From positions 124,001 through 188,000 of the forward strand of contig OX337233.1 in NCBI GenBank assembly GCA_946965045.2: a stretch of DNA of 64,000 nucleotides, read 5' to 3'. A program made the position numbers and the translations under genes. The notes beneath the pieces were generated by a model. It ran no database searches. It saw nothing but the letters and a program-made list of their open reading frames with translations, and had not been told where the DNA came from. Source of the DNA: Epithemia pelagica. Its lineage: Eukaryota; Protista; Bacillariophyta. Shown in pieces: positions 21,462-32,000 of the stretch (its first letter is position 1; each line of letters opens with the position of its first letter).

Positions 21462-23420
21462 GGTTCCAAACAATTACTGCAGCGGATTTATGAGGATCGG
21501 AAGAAGGCATCAGTTTTGATGCTCTGTGATTGATGGATTGATGATGGGTTCGGACTTATCCCCAGCGGTCAAGATCCAGGGTTCAGTTGTGAGCATTCAC
21601 TTTATTTCCCAAATACAAAACTCACCCACGCTGGAGCGTAATAGCGGACTGACGGATTGTCTCGTCTCGGTCGGCGCGCCTCTGCGAGCCATTCCTGTCC
21701 TGATTCCGCCGCGACACCAAGATTTGGAAGGGACTCCAGACTTTGGGGGAGAGGGACTCCAAATCAGTTTGGGGGAATATTCATATTGAAACGAACGACA
21801 AAAGAAAAGATACCACAATCCACAATGTGTCTGTCGCCGTCGTTTTCGCGCCTTCTGGCAGCGTTTTCTGCTGTGATTTGCTCTCACATCTCCCGTCGAG
21901 AAAGACTCTAAAGAAGACTCTAGCAAGATGAACATACTCAACGACAACTTTCATCGCAACAAGCTAGAAATCGTTCCTTGGCTTTCGATTCGCAACAGGA
22001 GGTCAAGTGCAACAAACAACAACAACAACAACAACAACAAGAGCACTAGGACGATGGTATGCTTCCTCATCCACATGTCTTTCGTGGAACGAAAATCCTC
22101 CTCCAGTATTGACCGACTTTTAGTGGATCAGTATCAACCCCAACAGCAAGACCACGCAAATCTCTTTGTGCTGTGGCACCGCATGGCAGTCTGGTCGCCA
22201 ATTATGTGGACCCTTTCTCGACATGATACCATGAGGACCTGCTGAATCGATCACAAAGTCGCCCCATTGGAGGTACATCCAAATGTGGAGGCTCGAAAAA
22301 AGTACCTAGCTTGACAGCGAATGGCATACAACTTGCATCCAGGATGATCCTCAACCAAGACAAAAGAGTGGAGGAGCATTCCACTCACCAACCATGGTTT
22401 GCAACGAATGCTAAAAGTCGGACCACGGTGACGAGGAGCGCAGTACTATGGATTGAAGTATGGAACGCTATTCAACTCCCTAGTGAAGAGTGAAGAAATA
22501 ATTCTGGGAAAGGGTCGCATCGCCCTTTCAAGTCTACATACGAAGATTCAAACTGGATGTTGGTGTGGAACGACAAGGCAGCAAAACCAACCAGAATCCA
22601 GCGAACAAGAAGAAGAACAACAACAAGTTCTAGTAGACTACAGCCAAGATATGATCGGCGCGGGTCGTGGTTTTGTGGTGTTGTACGAGGCACAAAGCTT
22701 GTACTGGTCAATGTCCAACGCTGCTGTTCGACAGAGTTGTAATCGTGCAACAAGGTTTCGACGGAACTGGCATTGAGGGGCAAGACATAACTTTGCACAC
22801 TACGATTGTTCTTGTTGATCCCCATGGACCGATACCCATGGACTGTCAACGAGCTACTAATACGGAGAGACTGATTGCTGTATTGACGCAAGCAAATTGC
22901 CAACCTCATGATAAAGACTTCATAAAGACGAGTTGCTGTAGTGTAGGAAATATCGAACACTTCGGTGGCAAAAATTCCAAAGGATTTGCAAATGTCCTGT
23001 CACCCAAAACCACCACGAGCATCGAGAGACGGTGTACTGTCTCACGCAGGCATGGGCCATAGAAGGACCGGACCCCACAATTCAACTCATGGTCGGAACG
23101 AAGACGACCGTCCAAACGAGTCACTGCGCCCAAGTGTTTCAGGCACGCAACCATTATCTTCCACAGCATGATTACTCGACCCATTCAACAGCAGAGAGGC
23201 ATGGTACCATGGACATCTTTACCCAAAGCCTGGCTCCACTCCTGTTTGCCGTGTCACGCCGGATGGTGTAACTTTGGTTTTCTACTAGTACAACGGTGTA
23301 CATGATTTCTCTATAGGTCGCAATGCCATGAAGAAACAATACAACTACTGTTTGAGAGTAAAATGATAATGCTTTATAGTTCCGCTAATGTAAGGACATA
23401 CATGCAATACGTTGCAAATT

Positions 23421-24650
23421 TCAAGTTTCATCCTTCCCTTCATCACCACGGTGCGTGTGGGGCCTTGCTCGTTTACGATCTGATGTCCAGGTGGGGAAAG
23501 GCGAATTATCAGCATGTTGGATATTCCTTCCTTCCCGAAATAGACACCATATGTTGAACTGCTGGTCAAAGAGTCGTTGAAAACACCACGTATGCTTGTC
23601 CAGTAGTGGTAATGTCGCACAGGTAGGACTTCCCCAGCCACTTATCACGGCAACTTGATTGGCAACAGTCACCGTACTGCAGTCGTCGCGGTGATTATCC
23701 AATGGTGGGAGATTCCAAACGCGGTTGCGGCGGGTTTCCAAGACTTCCACGGTTGAATGGCCTTGTCCACCCGCCACCACCAGACAAGATCCAACGGCAA
23801 CCATTGCACAAGAACTTTGTGCATTGGAAAGCCTCAACTCCGAATGAGTGATCCAAGTGGTCGAGAAGGAAATGAATGTCGAACCACTTTCCTTTTTTGG
23901 CTCATGATTGTCACACGGTGTTGCATAGTCCAAATACTCCACAGTGTCAAGAAAACCATGCTCGCCATGGCCTCCAACGACAAAGATGCGGTGGCCAATG
24001 ACCGCACTGGCACACCATTGTCGTGGAACAGTCATGCTTGGTCCTGCAGTGACAGTGTCATTGCTGGTATCTATAATATCCACCGACGACAAATAACGAT
24101 TGCTGTAGCCACCCACTACAACGATATATCGGTTTTGGACCACAACAGCACAACATCCACATCGGCCCGTTGATAAATGACATGTCAATGTTTTCCAATG
24201 GCTTTCATGTGTGATGCTGGTTGTTGTTAAAGATGATTGTAATAGATCGTTGGCATCAATTTGTTCGATGCAGTCCAAATTTGCTCCATCACGGTATCCT
24301 CCTGTGCGACCTCCCATGGCGTAGACGGCTCCGTTGCACACAACAGCGCCATGTCCAGCACGTTTCTGGTTCATGGGTGGCCCTTCTCGCCATTGCTTGT
24401 CTGGGTCTGCCAGATTCAATAAAAGAATAGAATTCACATAGCCTCGGCGTTGTTGAATTCCTCCCAACACGACAACAATTTGTGCCTTGTTGTTGTCGTT
24501 GTGGAGTTCCTTGTCGAGATGATCGAGTACGACCGTAGCATGAAGATAACGCCATCCACCCTGAAGAGGAGGCCAATCGTTTTCATTCCATTCTGCTGTC
24601 TCGTCTGAAAGGAAAAGGTCCGACTGCCATGCTTGTTCTTTCAGAGTCAT
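23421..24650 (-). CDS. Kelch-repeat protein K4 (409 aa, intact)
   Basis: Six kelch blades; start MTLKEQAWQSDLFL. Confidence 0.9.
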   Translation of the reverse strand: MTLKEQAWQSDLFLSDETAEWNENDWPPLQGGWRYLHATVVLDHLDKELHNDNNKAQIVVVLGGIQQRRGYVNSILLLNLADPDKQWREGPPMNQKRAGHGAVVCNGAVYAMGGRTGGYRDGANLDCIEQIDANDLLQSSLTTTSITHESHWKTLTCHLSTGRCGCCAVVVQNRYIVVVGGYSNRYLSSVDIIDTSNDTVTAGPSMTVPRQWCASAVIGHRIFVVGGHGEHGFLDTVEYLDYATPCDNHEPKKESGSTFISFSTTWITHSELRLSNAQSSCAMVAVGSCLVVAGGQGHSTVEVLETRRNRVWNLPPLDNHRDDCSTVTVANQVAVISGWGSPTCATLPLLDKHTWCFQRLFDQQFNIWCLFREGRNIQHADNSPFPTWTSDRKRARPHTHRGDEGKDET

Positions 24651-26159
24651 GCTCAGTCTTCCTTTTGTTGACCGCAGCGCATTTATGAGGATCAAAGGAG
24701 CACACTGATGACTGTGTAATAGATTGCAGTGGGCTGCTCGGATGGGTGTGGACTGGAAAAAGAAGAGTATATACTGTAATCCCCAGCGGGGGAATCATGA
24801 GGACTAGTGACTCAGTGGTTAAAAAACAGAAAGGACGACACAAACGACGCGACCCATCCTTACATTCTTGTGCGATCGGACGTAGGCTTATGAGTACTAC
24901 ACGTGGAAGCCTTCGAGCCAGTGCTTTTGTCGGGTACGTACATAACACCACACACACATCTTTTGCCCAAATACAAACAAAACATCATGGATTGGATTCC
25001 AACTATGGGTACATCCGGACTGTTGACGAATGTGAATTGCATTGTCTCGTGCATGACGTCTCAATTCACATCAGAGAATGCTGATGGACTGGTTTCAGCT
25101 TCGACATGCGGCAGATCGCACCAGCAGCAAGTTTAATGGAACCGCTGTCGACCCAGTTGCGTCAGTCCCAGAGACTTCTTCCTTCCCCTTGATGGTTCCA
25201 TTCCATCTTTGCTCGATCAACACTGATTCGTTCTTCACAAGACGACGGACGAGGAACGTAGAGATGCAGCAACCAACCATGCTCGATTTCCAAAAAGAAC
25301 CATCAGCGAAGCGGACAACAGGGTCCACAAGGTTTTTGGCTTGTCGTGCTTTTCATCGTTCTGCTCCTCTCATCGTCGGACATTGGAATCCACCCGTTTC
25401 GTCCTTTTGTTGGATTCATCGACCACGAGACCATGAACCAAGCCACACAAGGATCAGGATCAAGAGATGCCTAAACTAGCGATTCGTGGTGGAAAGGACC
25501 AAAGACCACACAGTTATTCGATTGCACTACAGTGATGATGACTGCACCCAACAACAACAACGAGTTACACCCAATCATCAACAACAAGAAGAGCCGTTCT
25601 GCTCATTCATCAAGGAGCACGGCAAGACGAGAAAAATCAGGTTTGACGATCTACCAGCAAGACCCAAACAACAATAACAGTCGTCGCATGCACAGCAGGC
25701 ATCCCGTTTTGTCCTCCTTCTCGCAATTTTCAAATAGGCAAAGTAAAGCCATATACTCCGTGCTGGATCGGTTGCTTCGCGCAACCATGGGACCGTTGTT
25801 GTCGGAATGGCGGGTTGGTGGGCATCGGCCTATCGACATGCCGTACCAACCTTGCTTCAACTGCAAGAACGGATGTTGACGACGGCCAATGAAGGCATGG
25901 ACCAAGTCTCGATTCAATCTCTCATTGCGAAAGCACAAATCTCACTTTTCTCAATGTCGTCCGCATCTTGTTCCATGGCTCGTCCCCAGTCAAATCGTCT
26001 TCAATCAACTCTGGATGGGAGTTCGGCTTTGGAGACGATTGACAAGGTATCATCATCGACTGCTCGCAATTTCTCTTGAATGGTTGAACAACAAAGGTTT
26101 TGCCGTTCATACCTATACAAGGGATTGTGGCACCATCTCCGATATTCATTACTGATGGC

Positions 26160-26590
26160 ATGGGTATGCAATCCGTGGGAGACGCCCGGTTGGTATCCGG
26201 CTCGATTGCTCAAGCTTGCATAGGTCCCGATTGGTACAAGGGTTTCATTACCGATGCCCATGCCGATGGAAGGTTTAGTCTCGATTTGTGGAGAGGGCAT
26301 ATTGCTTTGATCTTCTTACCGTGATTGGAGAAACGAATCAAGTACGAGTCATCGATGACAATAATACCGACGACAGCAAAGTACGCAAACACACACGTGG
26401 CTGTATGAAGATTGTCGTGTGATTGCGGTCGAGTGTAGTCGGACACAGCAAATCGCGACGCCCCTTCTACAGTCCTGTTACATGATTGTGTACCGTGAGT
26501 TTGAAGACGGTGAGATTTGGTACAAGATTGAACTTGGTGATATTCAGCAAACTGTCAGAAAAAAGAATGAGGCACGTCCTCTACATTCAT
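26160..26590 (+). pseudogene. Possible decayed tandem Tudor/Agenet-like coding remnant
   Basis: GSIAQACIGPDWYKGFITDAHADGRFSLDL and, in another frame, QVRVID...LYEDCRVIAVE...YMIVYREFEDGEIWYKIELGDI; frameshifted; pattern recognition only. Confidence 0.35.
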
Positions 26591-26859
26591 AGTGATTAGT
26601 TTGTGACTCTTGGAGTCCAGCCAAAAAAAGCGAATTCTGCCAAACCATCTCTTGAATCTGATTGGTAAAGGCTAGCAAAGCAATTCACACAGCGACAAAA
26701 ACACTCAACACAAAGCACACCTCTAGATAGTCTTTGTCTTTTCGTAAAAGTCACGTTCTGCCGGACGCTGCAATTCCATGAGTGATTTTATTCTTTAGTA
26801 CAATTCAGGATTATCCTTCCCTTTTTCAATACAGTGCGTATTGGTCGTGCTTCATTTAG

Positions 26860-27060
26860 ATTTTGATTTTGACGCGGAGCGTTCAAAGCGATTTCCAAAG
26901 GGTGGGAGATTCCACACGCGGGTCCGGTGCGTATCCAAAAGGTTTCCACAGTTGAATTGCGTCGTCGTCCCGCCACGACCAGCCCGGATCCCACAGCAAT
27001 CACTGCACAAGAACATCGTGGATAGGAAAGAACCAATTCAGAATAAGTGATCCATGGATG
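26860..27060 (-). pseudogene. Isolated kelch blade-5 fragment
   Basis: WITYSELVLSYPRCSCAVIAVGSGLVVAGRRRNSTVE. Confidence 0.75.
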
Positions 27061-27312
27061 ATGACTCTGTGTGCTGCAAAGTGCCATGATGCCACCACAA
27101 AGTCCCAGATTCTTGTCTCACGACCGCACGACCACGGCAGTGGCTCTTCCACATGTAGAGACAAAAATGTGGTCTTCCTTCCCCGCCTTTGACAACAAAC
27201 CAGCACATTCTATCTTGCAACATAATCTTTCAACTTTTGAGTAAACCACTTACTAGGTTCTAGGATTACAATCGAACATAGAAAACAAGTCAGTGACTTG
27301 AGAACAAAACGT

Positions 27313-28542
27313 CTAGTAGGCTTCATCCATCTCTTCATCACCACGGTGAGTATTGGACGTTGCGCGTTTACGAGTTGATGTCGATGTAAAGAAGGGTGAG
27401 ATATCTTCATCTCGGATACCGGCATTTTCAAGAGAATGATACCATCTGTTCGATTGGTGCTCACATAGTCGACGAAAACACCACGACTTCCTATCCAGTA
27501 GTGGTAATGTTGCACAGGAAGGATTCTCCCATCCACCAATCACGGCAACTTGATTGGCAACAGACACCATACTGCAGCCCCAACGATCTTCTTGCAGTCC
27601 AGGGAGATTCCACACACGGTTGCGGTGCGTATCCAACACTTCCACGGTTGAATTTCTCCATCCTCCCGCCACCACCAGACAAGATCCCACGGCAACCATT
27701 GCACAAGGACTTCGTGCATTGGAAAGCCTCAACTCCGAATGAGTGGTCCAGGTGGGTGAGAAAGAAATGAACGTCGAGCCATCAGTTTCCTTTTTTGTCT
27801 CAACACTGTCCCAGGGTGTTGTGTCGTCCAAATACTCCACCGAGTGAAGCATGCCATGCTCATTACGGCCTCCAGCGACAAAGATGCGGTGACCAATAAC
27901 CGCACTGGCACAGTGTGATCGAGGAACATTCATGGATAGTCCAGCAGTGACAATGTGATTCCTGGTATCAAGAAAATCCACCGACGACAAATAACGACCG
28001 TTGTAGCCACTGTATCCACCCATTACAACGATGTATCGGTTGTGAACCGCAACAGCACCACATCCTCTTCGTCCCATTGATAAGCGACATGTCAATGTCG
28101 TCCAGTGGCTCTCGTGAGAGATGCTTGATGTCGAAGATGATTGCAGCAGATAATTGGAATCATTTTGTTCGATACAGTCCAAAATTCCTTCGTTCTCCCC
28201 TCCCATAACGTACACGCTTCCATTGCACCCAACAGCGGCATGTTCTCGGCGACTCTTGTTCATTGATGGTCCTTCTCGCCAGTGCTTGTCCGGCGCTGCT
28301 AAATTCAGTACAAGAACGGAATTGGTAGTATTCCAGCCTTTGTCGCATCCTCCCATCACCACGACTGTTTGTGCCTTGTCGTTGTTATAGTTGGTCTTAG
28401 CGGGATGATTTAGTACGACCGATGTATGAAACAAACGCCATCCACCCTCGAGAGGAGGCCAATCGTTTTCATTCCATTCTGCTGTGTCGTCCGATAAGAC
28501 AAGGCCCGACTGCCATGCTTGTTCTTTCAATGTCATGGACAT
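27313..28542 (-). CDS. Kelch-repeat protein K5 (409 aa, intact ORF; upstream region carries MITE plus gypsy)
   Basis: Six kelch blades; start MSMTLKEQAWQSGLVL. Confidence 0.9.
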   Translation of the reverse strand: MSMTLKEQAWQSGLVLSDDTAEWNENDWPPLEGGWRLFHTSVVLNHPAKTNYNNDKAQTVVVMGGCDKGWNTTNSVLVLNLAAPDKHWREGPSMNKSRREHAAVGCNGSVYVMGGENEGILDCIEQNDSNYLLQSSSTSSISHESHWTTLTCRLSMGRRGCGAVAVHNRYIVVMGGYSGYNGRYLSSVDFLDTRNHIVTAGLSMNVPRSHCASAVIGHRIFVAGGRNEHGMLHSVEYLDDTTPWDSVETKKETDGSTFISFSPTWTTHSELRLSNARSPCAMVAVGSCLVVAGGWRNSTVEVLDTHRNRVWNLPGLQEDRWGCSMVSVANQVAVIGGWENPSCATLPLLDRKSWCFRRLCEHQSNRWYHSLENAGIRDEDISPFFTSTSTRKRATSNTHRGDEEMDEAY

Positions 28543-28697
28543 GGTTCTTAGTGTTTTGGCTGCAGAATTTATGAGGATCGAGGCACTGTCTTGTAAGAGG
28601 CACGTAGTTTGCTCTACAGTTGTGATTCTGATTGATGCGGACTGGAATCACGACTGACTTGACGAAATGGATGGACCAAAGAGGGGTAAGGGCTGGG

Positions 28698-28913
28698 TGC
28701 GGTACCCCTATATGGATCCCGCCATACGTGTCACCACGTTCCATTCCCGGTTCGCGTTCTTGACACTGCGACATGAATCTTTCGCCATCTGACTGTTCCT
28801 CCTCCAGTCATTTCTCGTCGCACGTGGCACTGTGGATTCCTCATTCCCCCTAATTCCTCGTAATTCCTAAAGATCACAATTTTTATACCGTGCTATTTTA
28901 CATGGGTATGGCA
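28698..28913 (+). repeat. 5' LTR of gypsy
   Basis: Direct repeat of 34192-34407. Confidence 0.97.
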
Positions 28914-29041
28914 CTCTGATCAGAAGCTCGAAAACTTCCCCCAACACTCTTTCACCATAACCACCTGCCGTTCTTTGGCCGATCCTCGTTGATCTTATCA
29001 TCCTTTGATTCCTTTCCTTTTCTTTCCTTTGCAGCCTCATT

Positions 29042-32000
29042 ATGAGCACAGGATCTTCCCTCGTCTCCCTTGCGGATGTTCAACGCTTCCAAAAGCGCTT
29101 TGATCAAGCCTCGGCTTCAGATTCTTCCTCTGCTCTTTCCACCCTCAAGATGAAAGACGACGACGATGATAAGTACTACGCCCGTCTCTTGCCATTCCGC
29201 GATGGCGTGGACGAAGAACCCTCAAGTCTCTTCCTGTGGGTCCTCCATTTTGTTGACAAGGTCAAGATCTCCGGTCATCCAGAGCCCTTTGCTGCCTGTT
29301 GCACCTACTTTCCCCGTGTTACCACAAGTCTCGTAGCGGACAAGTTCCATGATGCATTCCAGGCCTTGCCTGATGGCGCCAACCTCGATGAGGCGTGTTT
29401 CAAACGGTTGATTGCTACGATCTTTGAACCCAAGTTGACGGTTTCCGAAGTCAATGCCTTTCGGGCACACCTTCTTAGCGGTCCTCGCAAGCCACCTGAT
29501 ATGAACGTGGATATCCATTATCACACCCTCCAGAAGATTTCCAACGGTCTCCGTTATTTGTCTAACGACAACGCTGTCCAAGCCCTCACTGACGATGAGT
29601 TGAAGCAAGCCTTCTATCTCGGCTCCCCTGTTGCTTGGCGCAACGAGTTTAAGACGGCCAATCCCTTGGTTGCAGATTTGGTGAATCATTTCAACATCAC
29701 CGACCTTCTTCATGCGATGCGTGGCTATCAAAAGGTCTCCCAAGAGAAGATGGCTGCCAACGCACAGTCCCAGGCCAAGTCCCGCAATCCTCGCGATGAT
29801 TCCACTTCTCGCGGTTCCACGAAGCGTTTCCGCTCCTCTAATGGTGGCCGTGGCGGTCTCCGCGGCGGCAATCGCCAGTCCAATGGTGGACGCCAAGCGT
29901 CCGGTGATCGTCCCGTCAATGACGGCGATGCCTGTCCTTACAAGGACGCGATTCCTTCGCACGCCAATCATACTTGGGCCAACTGCATCTACAACCCGCA
30001 GTCCTCCAATTTTAACCAAGAGCGTTTCAACGCCTTTCTTGCCCGTACCGGGTCTGGTCTTCGTACCCCTACTGGGTCTCATCCCAACAATGGTTCTCAG
30101 AACCAAGGCCGTAATGGCCAAGGCTCTCGTAGCCAGGGAACTCCCTCGTCTGGAGGATCGCGCCCTATTGGCTCCAATTGGGGCGCTGTTCCCCGTCGTT
30201 CTGGATCTGGCTCAGACCAGCATGCCTCTGAAGGCACCAGCACAGGCGACAATCCACCGGTTGATCCGTCGTTGGCCGAGCCGTTGCCTTCTGTGCAAGA
30301 CGCGGCTTATCGTGCTCGTCAACGTCCTCTGACCGATTCTCGTGATTGGTCGAGTCTCCGCAATGCCGATCGAACGGTCCCCGGTATGTGTTCTTCTTCC
30401 TTTTTTACCTCATCCTCTCCGGATATTTCTCATCATCTTGATGTTCTTTTTGCTCAGCAATGTCACATCCAGACTGGCCCTCCACAGGCTATGCCGGCCG
30501 AGAATGCCATCCTCAGGCCCCAATTCTCGAGGTCCGCGAACAATTGTACAAGATCTACGGGCGTAACATGGACATCGCCCACATCTACGATTTGTCCTCC
30601 CCTGGAGGCAACGACGAATACTGTCGTTTCCCCTTGTCTTAATCCTACGGATGCTGTCATCGCTGACATCGTTGATCCCAATAATGGTTTTTTATCTAAC
30701 CTAGATCACTATGAAGATGTCTACTCATCTAGTTCTGTCTCTGACGCTCCTAGTTTATCTAGTCCCCTTTCGGTCGCTCCCTCTGAGCCTCCGTCTGTTC
30801 CCCTCACCATTTTGATGGCTCGGTCCATTGGTGGAGTCGAGAACACCGTCCCGTTGCGTGCCCTGCTCGATTCAGGCGCCGACAAGACGATCCTGCACGC
30901 GCGCTGTCTTCAGCCCGGCATGCATCCACGTGTAACCAATCGGTCTGTCAATACCACCATGGGTACGCGCGACCACGTCTCCGAGATTCTTCTCGAAGAT
31001 TTGGTTCTCCCCGAGTTTTCTCGGACCAAACACATTTCATACCCCCTTTGGGCCGATATCTTTGATGCCCCCACTTGTCGTTATGACATCATTATTGGTC
31101 GCGATCTTTTGCGTCGTTTGGGCATTGTGCTCAACTTTCACACTGGTCTCACAACTTGGGACTCCGTTGATGTCGCTATGCGCCATCGCGATTCATTCGC
31201 CACTGACCAGACATTCATGTCTCATTTCATCGACATCTTTGCCGACGATCCCATTATTGGTGATCAATTCCTCTTGGATTCGAACTACGTTCCTACGGAT
31301 CTACAAGATCTGATTGACAAACAACATCATCTTACCGATGCCCAAAAGCAAGATCTTCTTGCTATTTGGCAAGACTGTGGCAAGATCTTCGATGGCGAGC
31401 TCCGTGAATATCCGGACCGAACGCTCCATCTTCATCTCAAGCCTGATGCCCAGCCTGTCCATCATCGTCACTTTTCAGTGCCCCGCAATATACATGATAC
31501 TTTCACGAAGGAGCTGTGGCGCTTCGTCGACATTGGTATCCTTGAGCGCGTCGGTTCTACCGAATGGGCTGCTCCTCACTTTGCCATTCCCAAAAAGGAT
31601 GGTCGTATCCGAATGATTTCGGACTTTCGTTCTTTGAACGCCCAACTCTACCGTCGGGTCTACCCCTTTCCTCGTATCGAGGACATGCTCCGTAAACGGA
31701 AAGGCTACACGTATTTTACAAAGCTAGACATCTCCATGTGTTTTTACACATTCCGCCTCGATGAGGAATCCAGCAATCTTTGCGTCATTACTACGCCTTT
31801 TGGCAAATTCCGTTACCGTCGCTTACCGATGGGTGTTAAACAGTCTCCTGACTTCTGTCAAGAGATTATGGAAGACGTCCTCAAGGACTTCAGCGACCAT
31901 GTCGAAGTCTATATTGACGACATTGGCATCTTCTCCAATTCTTGGGCAGAACACGTGGACATCTTGTCCAAAGTTCTCCAACGTCTTCAAGACAAGAACT

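Larger units (their letters stand above)
24350..27480. repeat. Segmental duplicate (K4 5' end through spacer to K5 3' end)
   Basis: ~24350-25345 matches ~56515-57505, and ~25345-27480 matches ~58995-61130; the second copy has ~1.5 kb extra between the blocks. Confidence 0.85.

Noticed and set aside
25375-25425. Hammerhead-ribozyme-like string on the minus strand (GATGA-ATCC-loop-GGAC-GAAAC), also at ~20520, ~50940, ~57555 and ~59030
   Set aside because: No copy has the CUGANGA core, the G10.1-C11.1 pair, the NUH cleavage triplet or a proper stem I.
29222-30121. 299-aa antisense ORF within gypsy gag
   Set aside because: Shadow of a GC-rich coding frame with no recognisable motif.
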